64,000 bases of DNA from an uncultured Candidatus Saccharibacteria bacterium. GTDB lineage: Bacteria > Patescibacteriota > Minisyncoccia > Phycocordibacterales > PALSA-1337. Both the position numbers and the translations under genes were made by a program. The notes below the pieces were generated by a model, which saw nothing but the letters and a program-made list of their open reading frames with translations, was not told where the DNA came from and did not search any database. The stretch is taken from NCBI GenBank assembly GCA_964629235.1, contig CAZVQB010000002.1, positions 4,339 through 68,338 on the forward strand, in the 5' to 3' direction. Positions 9,394 to 22,166 of this stretch are shown piece by piece. Each line of letters starts with the position of its first letter. Position 1 is the first letter of the stretch.

Positions 9394-10350
9394 CTATTTC
9401 ATTTTTAACCTAGATCCCGCACCGAATAATAATAACACAATAGCGATAGAGAAATGTGGTAAATGACCCATAAGCTCCACAGGTCCAAGCATTATCAAAG
9501 TAGATAATAGAAATACAGCTAGTGCTATTATAGTTGTCCTTGTAACAAGACCTAGTATAAGAAATAGTCCAAACAATGCTTCTGCAACACCAGCTGAGAA
9601 TGCAAACCAATAATCAGTAAACCAAGTAAAGCCGATATTATGCATGAAATTCCAATGATACAAACTCAAGAAATTCTCTGTTAGTGAAGGAGACATTATC
9701 TTTTCAGAAAAGCCAAGAATAAAGAGATTAAGTCCTGTACCAATTCTTAGTAGTGGTAATCCATAAGGATGGATTTTGTGTGTATATTCTTTGAATATTT
9801 CTGTATCGACTATTCTCCATTTTGGCCTTCCAACAATCATTGCAAATAGACTAAAACCGAGCATTTCGAATGTATCCATCATTTCCATAAAACCGTATTC
9901 CTTTATTCCAAGAATAAATAGAATCACAAGAAGTAAACCTCCAATTCTCTCATAATACCCTGCCAGTATCATTATTCCCGCTAGAGTTTGTATGATAATA
10001 AGCAATAGGGCTAACGGGCCATTTGCTATTAGATTCGGAGCAAAGATAAAACCGTTATACGAGAATATAAGGAAAGACAATCCAAAACCAATACTTGAAA
10101 TAGACATCACATACGGTGCCCACCTCTCTTCTATACGACGGAACCATGTTGGAATCTTTAGTTTTTTTTCTAGGATATAACCGATTATGAGGATTACAAT
10201 CACGGTTATAATAGCTATGATTACCGGAAGGTCTGTTAATTCATAAGGTCTTACTTCTTTTACCGGATGAGCAAACCATTTTACATGTGCTGAGACTAGA
10301 AAAGGAATTCCAAATAAAACCGAAACAATTGATAATATTTTTTTGTACAT
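9394..10350 (-). CDS. DoxX family membrane protein
   Basis: AHVKWF N-terminus, LLRIGTG, AE..FGLFLILGLVTR, ELMGHLP; multi-TM. Confidence 0.7.
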   Translation of the reverse strand: MYKKILSIVSVLFGIPFLVSAHVKWFAHPVKEVRPYELTDLPVIIAIITVIVILIIGYILEKKLKIPTWFRRIEERWAPYVMSISSIGFGLSFLIFSYNGFIFAPNLIANGPLALLLIIIQTLAGIMILAGYYERIGGLLLVILFILGIKEYGFMEMMDTFEMLGFSLFAMIVGRPKWRIVDTEIFKEYTHKIHPYGLPLLRIGTGLNLFILGFSEKIMSPSLTENFLSLYHWNFMHNIGFTWFTDYWFAFSAGVAEALFGLFLILGLVTRTTIIALAVFLLSTLIMLGPVELMGHLPHFSIAIVLLLFGAGSRLKMK

Positions 10351-10410
10351 ATATCAATTATACATTACAGAAATCGGTCTTTTTTATAAAAATGTGAAGA
10401 AATAGAGTGT

Positions 10411-10439
10411 TTGACAAATCACCTATTTTGGTGTATTAT
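10411..10439 (+). promoter_or_regulatory. Sigma70-type promoter
   Basis: TTGACA-N17-TATTAT upstream of ORF 10542. Confidence 0.7.
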
Positions 10440-10541
10440 ATGAGAAGAATAGCTGCCGAACTATTTTGAATATATGAAGTATCTCCTAGCTCATGAGGCT
10501 AGTAGATGGACACAATCCCATTATTCTAAAAGGCATTTGAA

Positions 10542-11300
10542 ATGATTAACATTCATATCGCAAAGAAATTACTCAACCAGGTCACACCCGAGATCAGGGA
10601 GCATTGGGAGAAGAAGAACAACGTTAGTTTGGCTGAATCAATCGCTGAAATCGAGTCCATCGAAAATGAGCGAATTCCGGACGAGGATCGAATTGTTACT
10701 TCCAGGAAGACTGTAAGAATCCTGATCTTAACTATTTTATCCTTGTTCTTGATTATGGTGATGTTGGCTTGCAACTATCACCATATTAAACCGGTATACC
10801 TGTACACACTGATTGCACTGATTTTTGTCACCATGATAGTGATCGCTTGCATTCAGATACGCGAGATCAACCTCAGGGACAAATTGTGGGATTACAAACA
10901 AGATCGGATAAACCAACAAGAAATCCTATCTGGTAAAGTGAACCAATTCTGGGACACTATCCTCAAGGTGTGTGAGCATAACGAACTCCCGGAAAACAGA
11001 CTCGTCGATGCAGAATATCTGAAAGATGTGTTGCATAGAGCGATCAAAGATTTGCTTTTAAAGCAAGCTGTGCTCAAGAGTCAACTTAATCCAAGTATGA
11101 ATATTACATTGGATAATCTCTCGATATCCGCAATGAACTTCACAAATGCAGATTTACACTTAGATAAACTATTGGACATCATCAAGGACAAACTAGGTGT
11201 AGATGTGAATAAGAAAGCACTGTTCAAAAAAGCCGAAGATGAGATGCGAATTACTTATCCAGGTCTCAGTCAGTATTTCAAGACAACAGAGGGTCAATAA
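10542..11300 (+). CDS. Hypothetical two-TM membrane protein with helical C-terminal domain
   Basis: 252-aa ORF, two hydrophobic helices, own promoter and terminator. Confidence 0.7.
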   Translation: MINIHIAKKLLNQVTPEIREHWEKKNNVSLAESIAEIESIENERIPDEDRIVTSRKTVRILILTILSLFLIMVMLACNYHHIKPVYLYTLIALIFVTMIVIACIQIREINLRDKLWDYKQDRINQQEILSGKVNQFWDTILKVCEHNELPENRLVDAEYLKDVLHRAIKDLLLKQAVLKSQLNPSMNITLDNLSISAMNFTNADLHLDKLLDIIKDKLGVDVNKKALFKKAEDEMRITYPGLSQYFKTTEGQ

Positions 11301-11315
11301 ACACAACCCACTCAC

Positions 11316-11348
11316 AGCCACGATTTTGCAAAAATCGTGGCTTTTTTA
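11316..11348 (+). terminator. Intrinsic terminator
   Basis: AGCCACGATTTT-GCA-AAAATCGTGGCT followed by TTTTT. Confidence 0.85.
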
Positions 11349-12218
11349 TTACCAAGATCCACTTGAACCTCCTCCACCAGAACTTCCACCCCCAAACCCT
11401 CCGAAACCACCGGATGATCCTCCCTTTCCTCCTCCTATAAATAGTGGCCAAACACCTCCCCCTTTACTTGGTGGATGTTTTGAAACAATATAATCAAAGA
11501 TAAGACCAGCAATAGTAAGAGCTATTGTTGCAATTATGATTTTAAGTGTAAAACCAAAAGCTATACCAAGAGCAATACCAATAACAAAACCTATAACACC
11601 ACCAAGCCACCAAGATTTAGTTCTGCCAAGCAAACTTGAAAAGAAAATTATTGCTGTCCAGAATATAAAAATAATAAATTCAATAGATTTTCCATCTATT
11701 TTAGTATTACTAGGTTCATTTTTTATTGAATAATCAACATCACTTGTCACCACAGAAACAATAGCATTCGTTCCATCAGTTATTCCTTTTGGCAAATTCC
11801 CTGCTTTGAATTCTGGTAGAACTATTTTTTGAATAATTCCATTTGATTGTAGATCGGTTAATACACCTTCCAAACCGTAACCAACTTCTATTCTTACTTT
11901 TCTTTCATTTGGCGCGATCAGAAACAATACCCCATTATCCTTCTCTGAATTACCTATACCCCATTCTTTAAAAAGCTTTACAGCATAAGTTTCAATGGTC
12001 TCATTATCGAGTGAATTTATAGTCACAACCGCAACTTGTATTGTGGTTTTATTATTAAGATCGTTTAATTTTGATTCTATTTGGTCTTTATTTTCTTTAG
12101 ATAAAATATTTGCATAGTCATTTACAAAGCCCTGTGGTTTTCCAGGGCTTGTAAAAGCATTAGCGATAGTAATGCTAAATGCAAATATTATTGTTGCAAA
12201 TAAAGCAACCTTCTTCAT
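11349..12218 (-). CDS. TPM domain protein (YgcG-like)
   Basis: VNDYANILS, WGIG...DNGVLFLIA..ERKVRIEVGYGLEG, Gly-rich tail ending GGGSSGSW; adjacent to lemA. Confidence 0.9.
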   Translation of the reverse strand: MKKVALFATIIFAFSITIANAFTSPGKPQGFVNDYANILSKENKDQIESKLNDLNNKTTIQVAVVTINSLDNETIETYAVKLFKEWGIGNSEKDNGVLFLIAPNERKVRIEVGYGLEGVLTDLQSNGIIQKIVLPEFKAGNLPKGITDGTNAIVSVVTSDVDYSIKNEPSNTKIDGKSIEFIIFIFWTAIIFFSSLLGRTKSWWLGGVIGFVIGIALGIAFGFTLKIIIATIALTIAGLIFDYIVSKHPPSKGGGVWPLFIGGGKGGSSGGFGGFGGGSSGGGGSSGSW

Positions 12219-12219
12219 T

Positions 12220-12777
12220 TTAGAATTTTACTTGTGGAGCTTGTTCAGCGCCCTTTACTGCTTCAAAGTATGATCTCTCTTTAAACCCGAATATTGATGC
12301 AATTATTGAACTTGGAACTTTCATTACTTTCAAATTGTATAGTTTTACAGAATCATTAAATCTCATTCTTTCAACACTAATACGATTCTCTGTACCTTCT
12401 AGTTGTGACATCATAGATTGTACTGTCTCTGAAGATTTCAGTGAAGGATAACTTTCAACTATAACTAAAAGTCTACTTAGAGCACTTTCGATCTGTCCTG
12501 CAGCAATAGCTTTATCATTTACATTTGAAGCTCCAGAATATCGTGTTCTTGCATCAGATATAGCAGTAAATACTACTTGTTCTTGTTTCATCACACCTTT
12601 TGCTGATTCTACAAGATTTGGAATAAGGTCAAAACGTCTTTGATAGTTTGTTTCTACTTGCTTCCATTGTGCGTCAGCATCTACATTTAACGTTACAAGA
12701 CTGTTATAAGTTACAGCTGTATATCCAGCTATTACTACAAGTATTGCAACTATAACAATAATTAATTTTTTATTCAT
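12220..12777 (-). CDS. lemA: LemA family protein
   Basis: YNSLV, YQRRFDLIPNLV, ESYPSLKS, LEGTENRISVER. Confidence 0.92.
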   Translation of the reverse strand: MNKKLIIVIVAILVVIAGYTAVTYNSLVTLNVDADAQWKQVETNYQRRFDLIPNLVESAKGVMKQEQVVFTAISDARTRYSGASNVNDKAIAAGQIESALSRLLVIVESYPSLKSSETVQSMMSQLEGTENRISVERMRFNDSVKLYNLKVMKVPSSIIASIFGFKERSYFEAVKGAEQAPQVKF

Positions 12778-12802
12778 TTTTAATTTTATTAACTAGTAAA
12801 TA

Positions 12803-13480
12803 CTATTTCTTTGGGGAAGCCTTTGTCTCGTCTGTTCCAGCTGGACCTGTTACGAATTTGAATGTCTTTACCATATCTTTGAATTGTGTATCTGCTTCAT
12901 CAACTAGCTTTGTATTGTTTGTAGATACTAACTTTACATCATCACCCTTGAACCCTTTACTAGCTGGAGTTAGAACAATTGAAGAATATGTAAATAGGTA
13001 ACAAATCGAATTGTTTTGTAGTGAATACATTCTGTTAAAATAATTTCTACCCTGTACTGTATTTGAGATAGAAATCATGTTTAGAGTTAAATCACCGACT
13101 GTTAGATTCGATCTTTCTTTGACTGTTGTTACAGGTGGAAAAGCACACTTTCCAGACACGATATCAACTTTCACTTCCAATTTACCTATTGAATTCTTGT
13201 CTTTTGAAGCACTGACTGGAATAGCAAGAGTAAGGTTACTAGGAGCTTCTGACTTTTCCCATGCTGTTGGATATTTTACTGAAAATCCAAGTTCATCATT
13301 CTTATATTCAGAAAGTTTTGTAGATACTGGTATTGTCTGACTTGTAGGTACTGGAGGAGTATTCTCGGTTGTATTTTCACCACCTGAAACTACAGGAGAA
13401 GTTATACTTGGTCCATTAAACTTCCAAATAACTGCACCTGCTATAATAATTACTATAACGAAAGCTAATATTTTTTTCAT
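12803..13480 (-). CDS. Membrane-anchored PsbP-like hypothetical protein
   Basis: N-terminal TM, YKNDELGFSVKYPTAW and C-terminal MVKTFKF; ATG 13480 sits 8 nt after TATAAT. Confidence 0.55.
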   Translation of the reverse strand: MKKILAFVIVIIIAGAVIWKFNGPSITSPVVSGGENTTENTPPVPTSQTIPVSTKLSEYKNDELGFSVKYPTAWEKSEAPSNLTLAIPVSASKDKNSIGKLEVKVDIVSGKCAFPPVTTVKERSNLTVGDLTLNMISISNTVQGRNYFNRMYSLQNNSICYLFTYSSIVLTPASKGFKGDDVKLVSTNNTKLVDEADTQFKDMVKTFKFVTGPAGTDETKASPKK

Positions 13481-13501
13481 ATTCACACATTATAACAGAT
13501 A

Positions 13502-15142
<1,641 letters not shown>

Positions 15143-15475
15143 TTATTTGATTATTGCTAATAATTCACTTTCTTTTACTATATAGTATTCTTCATCATTT
15201 ATTTTTACTTTATCTCCCCACTGAAACAGAACTTGATCACCTACTGATACAGATACAGGTACAAGTTTTCCATCCTCTATTCTACCTTGACCCACAGCCA
15301 CTACTTCTCCTCTTTTACCTCCTTTATCTTCATTTACAGTAACTGGAATAATAATTCCTGACGCTGTTTTATTTTCTTTATGCTTTGAATCTTCTTTTAT
15401 TAAAACTCTATCAGATAGAGGTATGATAACTGTTGAACTGTTATTTGTTTTCGTCTTTTTTGTATCTTTTATCAT
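15143..15475 (-). CDS. groS: Co-chaperonin GroES
   Basis: PLSDRVLI, TASGIIIP, GEVVAVG; directly upstream of groL. Confidence 0.95.
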   Translation of the reverse strand: MIKDTKKTKTNNSSTVIIPLSDRVLIKEDSKHKENKTASGIIIPVTVNEDKGGKRGEVVAVGQGRIEDGKLVPVSVSVGDQVLFQWGDKVKINDEEYYIVKESELLAIIK

Positions 15476-15517
15476 AATGGAATTAAATTTTATAGTAACG
15501 AATGATCATAAGCAATA

Positions 15518-15546
15518 TTGCACGTTTAAACTGGCTATGCTATAGT
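15518..15546 (+). promoter_or_regulatory. Promoter of secG (probably leaderless transcript)
   Basis: TTGCAC-N17-TATAGT with extended TG; 8 nt gap to ATG 15555. Confidence 0.65.
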
Positions 15547-15554
15547 GTTCCGTA

Positions 15555-15785
15555 ATGAAGACGATCGCCTCTATACTACCGTACATACAGATTGTACTTG
15601 CTGTAATACTTTTAACAGCAATACTTCTTCAAAGAACTGGAGCACAAATCGGTGGTGCTTTTGGTGGTAGTGACAATTTTAGTTCTGCATTCCACACAAG
15701 ACGAGGCTTCGAGAAACAACTCTTCATTGTAACAATTATAGTTGCAATACTCTTTGCAATTTCAGCGCTTTTGAGTCTTATTTAA
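15555..15785 (+). CDS. secG: Preprotein translocase subunit SecG
   Basis: Two TMs, ILLQ..GA..GGAFGG, TRRGFEK. Confidence 0.92.
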   Translation: MKTIASILPYIQIVLAVILLTAILLQRTGAQIGGAFGGSDNFSSAFHTRRGFEKQLFIVTIIVAILFAISALLSLI

Positions 15786-15809
15786 CATTGTCTAAAATCT
15801 ATACACTAT

Positions 15810-17552
15810 ATGAAAGAGTTTCGCTTTAAGGGAAGTGAAAAATTTCTCGCTACTATTCATGCTTTTTCAGCCACAGAAAAGGTTGTCTTTGCTTTTTTTA
15901 CTTTGATTGCTTTAATTAGTGCACTCTCTTTGGCTTGGAAAGTCAACTCTTTATTTTTAATACCCATACCTGCCCACGGTGGTTCATTTTCTGAAGGAAT
16001 GATTGGTCTTCCAAGATCTATTAATCCTGTATTAGCTTTCACAGAGACAGACAAAAATCTTTCAAATCTTATTTATTCTGGTTTAATGAAATTTGATGGG
16101 GATGAAATAGTAAAGGATATTGCTGAAACATATACAGTATCAGAAGATGGTCTAGTTTATGATTTTAAAATCAAAGACAATATAAGATTTCACGATGGAA
16201 CGCAATTAACAACTGACGACATAGAATTTACTATACAAAAAATACAGGATAATGAGATAAAAAGTCCAAAATATGTTGATTGGGCAAGTGTAATAATCAA
16301 AAAAATTAGTCCTACTGAAATACAGTTTGTTTTGAGACAACCTTATGCCCCTTTTCTTTCAAATACTACTATTGGCATCATTCCTAAAAATATTTGGAAA
16401 AATCAAAGTCCAGAACAGTTTATTTTTAATCAAAAAAACCTTGAGCCTATAGGTTCTGGGCCATATAAAGTAAATAATATAGTAAAAGATAAAGCTGGCA
16501 CTCCAACCTCTTATAACCTTTCTTCATTTAATAAATATCATAATGGTGAACCTTTTATCTCAGACATAAATATAATCTTCTACCAAAATGAAGATATGGC
16601 TATTGATGCATTTAAGTCTGGAATAATAAATAACTTTGCGGGAATTTCTCCTCAAAAATCATATGAGATATCTTCATCAACTCAGAATGTAAACATAATT
16701 CACAATCCCCTTCCAAGAATTTTTGGTGTATTTTTTAATCAAAACAACTTACCAGTTTTAGCAAATAAAGAAGTGAGACAAGCCTTGAATATGGTGGTAG
16801 ATAAGGATGCTATTATCCAAAAAGCTCTTTATGGATATGCTGTAAGTATCAATAGTCCGATACCTCTTAATGAAGCGACAAGTACAATCAAGAAAGAAGA
16901 AATTGATATTGAAAAGAATATCCAATCAGCAAAAGATCTATTGTCGAAATCTGGTTGGGCAATAAATGAAAATGGGATTCTTGAGAAAAAAACAAAAACT
17001 ACAAAGCAAACACTAGAACTATCCATATCAACTGCTGATTCTACTGAATTGAAATTAATTGCTGAAATGGTAAAGAAAAGTTGGGAGGAACTAGGTGCAA
17101 AAGTTACAGTAAAAGTTTATGAATTCGGGGATCTTTCACAAAATATAATTAAGACTAGAAAATACGATACATTACTTTTTGGTGAAATAATAAATAAAGA
17201 TCTAGATTTATATGCATTCTGGCACTCATCACAAAGAAATTCTCCAGGATTGAATGTATCAATGTATGTTAATAGTAAAGCAGATAAAATATTAGAAGAC
17301 GCAAGAACATCATTTGATGAAAAAACAAAAGACAGTCTTTATAAGTCTTTTGAAGAAATAATAAAGGATGATGTACCAGCAATATTCCTTTACTCTCCAG
17401 AATATCTATATATGATGTCAAAAGAAATAAAAGGATATGATATGAAGACAATATCAAGTCCATCAGACAGATTCTCAGGTATAGACAAATGGTATATCAA
17501 GACGGACAAAGTATGGGAGATATTCGTAAAAGACACAGAAACAAATAAATAA
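15810..17552 (+). CDS. ABC transporter substrate-binding protein, family 5 (OppA/DppA-like), TM-anchored
   Basis: INPVLA, LIYSGL, SEDGLVYDF, FHDG..LT.DDI.FT, PIGSGPY, FWHSSQ. Confidence 0.88.
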   Translation: MKEFRFKGSEKFLATIHAFSATEKVVFAFFTLIALISALSLAWKVNSLFLIPIPAHGGSFSEGMIGLPRSINPVLAFTETDKNLSNLIYSGLMKFDGDEIVKDIAETYTVSEDGLVYDFKIKDNIRFHDGTQLTTDDIEFTIQKIQDNEIKSPKYVDWASVIIKKISPTEIQFVLRQPYAPFLSNTTIGIIPKNIWKNQSPEQFIFNQKNLEPIGSGPYKVNNIVKDKAGTPTSYNLSSFNKYHNGEPFISDINIIFYQNEDMAIDAFKSGIINNFAGISPQKSYEISSSTQNVNIIHNPLPRIFGVFFNQNNLPVLANKEVRQALNMVVDKDAIIQKALYGYAVSINSPIPLNEATSTIKKEEIDIEKNIQSAKDLLSKSGWAINENGILEKKTKTTKQTLELSISTADSTELKLIAEMVKKSWEELGAKVTVKVYEFGDLSQNIIKTRKYDTLLFGEIINKDLDLYAFWHSSQRNSPGLNVSMYVNSKADKILEDARTSFDEKTKDSLYKSFEEIIKDDVPAIFLYSPEYLYMMSKEIKGYDMKTISSPSDRFSGIDKWYIKTDKVWEIFVKDTETNK

Positions 17553-17560
17553 TTAATAAA

Positions 17561-19456
17561 ATGGAAAACACAAAAACAAATACAATAACAAATACGAATG
17601 TGAACACAAATACAACTGCAAACACGAACACACATGCAGGAACAAGCCATACCAGAGGTTCACATTCAAATCATGGACCGAGACGGCCTGTATCTAGATC
17701 ACATGGAATGAGACCAACTCGTCCACCTGATGCTACACAAATGCATAAAAAGGTTGAAGATACTGTCCCAGCTTTGGCACCAAACTCTATACGTATAATT
17801 CCGCTTGGAGGTGTAGAAGAGATCGGTAAAAACATGACCATGATCGAATATGGAAATGACATAATTGTTATTGATATTGGTTTTCAATTTAAAGACGAAA
17901 ACACTCCTGGAATCGATTATATCCTTCCAAACACCAAGTATCTTGAGGAGAGAAAGGATAAAATAAGAGCTGTGATAATAACTCACGGTCACCTAGACCA
18001 CATAGGTGGTATTCCTTATGTAATGCCAAGAATCGGTAATCCACCACTATATACAAGAATGCTTACATCAGTAATGGTTAAGAAGCGCCAGGAAGAATTT
18101 ACTCATGTTCCACCTCTAGACATAAAGATAGTAGAAAAAGATGAAACCATATCATTGGGTGCATTGAAGGTAAAATTCTTTGCTGTAACTCACACCATTC
18201 CAGACGCTATGGGAGTTGTTATACAAACTCCATTCGGTTCAGTTGTACATACTGGTGACCTAAAACTAGATCACGTAGAAGGAATACCAACTGAAGCAGA
18301 GGAAGCTGAATACGATAGAGTTTTTAAGAATGAAAAAGTATTACTTCTAATGGCTGATTCTACAAACGTAGAAAATCCTGGTTTTTCAATACCTGAAAAA
18401 ACTGTTCATAAAAATATTGAAGAAATAATAAAAAATACAAAGGGCAGATTGATTATTGCTACATTCGCTTCTCTACTAGAAAGAATGCTAAAGATTATAG
18501 AATTCTCAGAAAAATATGGAAAGAAAGTAGTTGTAGAAGGACGAAGTATGAAAACAAATATCGAGATTTGTATGAATCTTGGTCTTTTGAAACCTAAAAA
18601 AGATACCTTGATTACAGTTGAAGAAATAGATAACTTCCCTCCTGAGAGAATCGTAGTTCTAGCAACTGGTGCTCAAGGTGATGAATTCGCAGCAATGATG
18701 AGAATGTCTAATAAGACACATAAGTATATTAAAATAAATAAAAGAGATACTATCCTTCTTTCTTCATCTATCGTTCCAGGAAATGAAAGAGCAGTTCAAA
18801 AACTAAAAGACAATCTTTCAAGGCAAGGTGCTAGTATCATTCACTATAGAATTGCTGATGTTCACTCTTCAGGACATGCAAATCATGATGAAACAGCTTG
18901 GATACACAAGAAAATAAATGCCAAATTCTTCATACCAGTTCACGGTTATCACTATATGTTGAGAGTGCACGGTGAAATAGCGAAAGAAACCAATGGATTA
19001 ACTGAGGATCAAATAATAATTCCTGACAATGGATCAGTTATAGAAATACAAGATGGTGGAGCAAAAATAGTTAAAATAAAAGAAAAAGCACCGTCTGGTA
19101 TCGTTATGGTTGATGGATTCTCTGTTGGAGATATACAGGATGTTGTTATACGCGATAGACAAATGCTCGCTCAGGACGGAATTTTCATTGTCTTTGCAAT
19201 TATAAATTCTCAAACAGGTAAACTAAAGAAATCACCAGATATTATATCTAGAGGATTCGTTTATCTAAGAGAATCACAAGAACTTCTACATCACACAAGA
19301 ATAATAATTAAAAATACAATTGATGAATCTACAAAAGGAATGAATCCTATAAATATCGATTTCGTCAAAACAAGTATTAGTGACAATGTAAGTAAATTCT
19401 TACTCCAAAAGACTGCGAAAAGACCTATAGTTATCCCTGTATTACTGACTATTTAA
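17561..19456 (+). CDS. rnj: Ribonuclease J
   Basis: PLGGVEEIGKNM, THGHLDHIGG, HTGDLK, DSTN, VHSSGHA, PVHG. Confidence 0.96.
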   Translation: MENTKTNTITNTNVNTNTTANTNTHAGTSHTRGSHSNHGPRRPVSRSHGMRPTRPPDATQMHKKVEDTVPALAPNSIRIIPLGGVEEIGKNMTMIEYGNDIIVIDIGFQFKDENTPGIDYILPNTKYLEERKDKIRAVIITHGHLDHIGGIPYVMPRIGNPPLYTRMLTSVMVKKRQEEFTHVPPLDIKIVEKDETISLGALKVKFFAVTHTIPDAMGVVIQTPFGSVVHTGDLKLDHVEGIPTEAEEAEYDRVFKNEKVLLLMADSTNVENPGFSIPEKTVHKNIEEIIKNTKGRLIIATFASLLERMLKIIEFSEKYGKKVVVEGRSMKTNIEICMNLGLLKPKKDTLITVEEIDNFPPERIVVLATGAQGDEFAAMMRMSNKTHKYIKINKRDTILLSSSIVPGNERAVQKLKDNLSRQGASIIHYRIADVHSSGHANHDETAWIHKKINAKFFIPVHGYHYMLRVHGEIAKETNGLTEDQIIIPDNGSVIEIQDGGAKIVKIKEKAPSGIVMVDGFSVGDIQDVVIRDRQMLAQDGIFIVFAIINSQTGKLKKSPDIISRGFVYLRESQELLHHTRIIIKNTIDESTKGMNPINIDFVKTSISDNVSKFLLQKTAKRPIVIPVLLTI

Positions 19457-19458
19457 AC

Positions 19459-19480
19459 TTGATGTTATAATTAACATCAA
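19459..19480. promoter_or_regulatory. Perfect inverted repeat centred on the extended -10 of the MFS gene
   Basis: TTGATGTTA-TAAT-TAACATCAA, containing TGTTATAAT; ATG 19480 follows after 8 nt. Confidence 0.5.
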
Positions 19481-20652
19481 TGAAGCATCATCACAGTATA
19501 AAAAAAGCGAGTGCACTTTATAGTATAAGTGTAATCGCTTTTTTCCTTGCACTACATATCAGTATACCAGCATATTTCAATTCGAGTTTTCTATCTGCTA
19601 TTACAGACGATAAAACTGTAAGTATTGTTTATTTAATAATATCACTGACGACTATTGTAGGCCTATTATCGATGGATAGCATCCTGCATAGATTTGGAAA
19701 TCTAAATACCTCAATTGCCTTTATTCTTATTCAAATTTTTGTCTTCTATGGTTTGATTACATCGAATTCGGAAAATACCCTATTGTTCTTATTTATAATC
19801 GCTTCCAGTATGATTAGTTTAATCGGTTTTACTATTGATATTTTTTTACAAAAAAGTACTGATTTAGGTCATACAGGAGGTATACGAGGCATGGTAATGA
19901 CAGCTACAAACAGTGCTTGGATACTTGGACCGTTACTTGGAGGTATGTTGGTTATTGGCGATAATTATAGAGGTATATATATGGCAGGTTTTGCTCTTCT
20001 TTTTCCACTTATATACCTGATCCATAAAAATTTTAAAGATTTTAGAGACTCGCACTACGTACAGGTTTCAGCTAGACAAACATTCTTAAAAATTCTAAGA
20101 GATAAGGACATTAGTAAAATATTTATAATAAACATAGTATTACAGACTTTTTATGCTTGGATGGTGGTCTATACACCTATGTATCTTCATGAATATATAA
20201 AATTCGATTGGAGTGAAATAAGTGTAATCTTTACTATAATGCTAATACCATTTGTACTTGTTCAATTTCCTCTTGGTAAACTTGCAGATAAAAAATGGGG
20301 TGAAAAAGAATTATTAGCAATCGGTTTTACAATAATTGGTATAACAACAGCATCTTTGGTTTTTTTCGATACAAAAAATATCATGATTTGGTCAATTGCT
20401 CTTTTCTTAACACGTATTGGTGCTGCAACAGCAGAAATTATGATTGAAACTTATTTCTTCAAAAAAACAGATAAGAGAGATCCTGAAGTCTTGAGTATGT
20501 TTAGAATTACAAGACCCTTATCATATTTTATTGCACCTATTATTACTACTGTTGGTCTTTCATATACAACTCAGCCTTATTTATTCGTAATTCTTGGAAT
20601 TATATGCCTACTTACTCTTTATCCTATACTAAATATTAAAGATACGAATTAG
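19480..20652 (+). CDS. MFS transporter
   Basis: About 12 TMs, AWILGPLLGG, PLGKLADKKWGEK (motif A-like). Confidence 0.88.
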   Translation: MKHHHSIKKASALYSISVIAFFLALHISIPAYFNSSFLSAITDDKTVSIVYLIISLTTIVGLLSMDSILHRFGNLNTSIAFILIQIFVFYGLITSNSENTLLFLFIIASSMISLIGFTIDIFLQKSTDLGHTGGIRGMVMTATNSAWILGPLLGGMLVIGDNYRGIYMAGFALLFPLIYLIHKNFKDFRDSHYVQVSARQTFLKILRDKDISKIFIINIVLQTFYAWMVVYTPMYLHEYIKFDWSEISVIFTIMLIPFVLVQFPLGKLADKKWGEKELLAIGFTIIGITTASLVFFDTKNIMIWSIALFLTRIGAATAEIMIETYFFKKTDKRDPEVLSMFRITRPLSYFIAPIITTVGLSYTTQPYLFVILGIICLLTLYPILNIKDTN

Positions 20653-20723
20653 TACCTTAACTCTTTATTTTTATTTTGCTTTCCCACTCAAACTCATATA
20701 TAATTTCGCTACAAAATTATTAA

Positions 20724-22031
<1,308 letters not shown>

Positions 22032-22052
22032 TTATTTAAGACAAATAGAATA

Positions 22053-22091
22053 AAAAATAACCTCCAGATCTAGAATTTGGAGGTTATTTTT
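22053..22091. terminator. Bidirectional intrinsic terminator (eno / small ORF)
   Basis: AAAAATAACCTCCA...TGGAGGTTATTTTT inverted repeat. Confidence 0.85.
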
Positions 22092-22109
22092 ATGATTTCG
22101 ACACAAACA

Positions 22110-22166
22110 TTACATTTGTGTTGGCGCTGCAGGTGCTGGTGCAGCTGGCTTTGGTGTCTTTGCCAT
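22110..22166 (-). CDS. Putative small Pro/Ala-rich protein (MAKTPKPAAPAPAAPTQM)
   Basis: Manual translation; GC-rich in an AT-rich spacer; TATAAT upstream (22208-22213) and terminator downstream; alternative in-frame GTG at 22181. Confidence 0.45.
   Translation of the reverse strand: MAKTPKPAAPAPAAPTQM

Noticed and set aside
11349-11470. GC-rich repetitive tract
   Set aside because: The normal Gly-rich tail of TPM-domain proteins.
15476-15554. CIRCE element upstream of groES
   Set aside because: No TTAGCACTC-N9-GAGTGCTAA present.
17565-17635. ACAAAT/ACGAAC-like repeats at the start of rnj
   Set aside because: Degenerate Asn/Thr low-complexity coding sequence, not an array or contingency tract.
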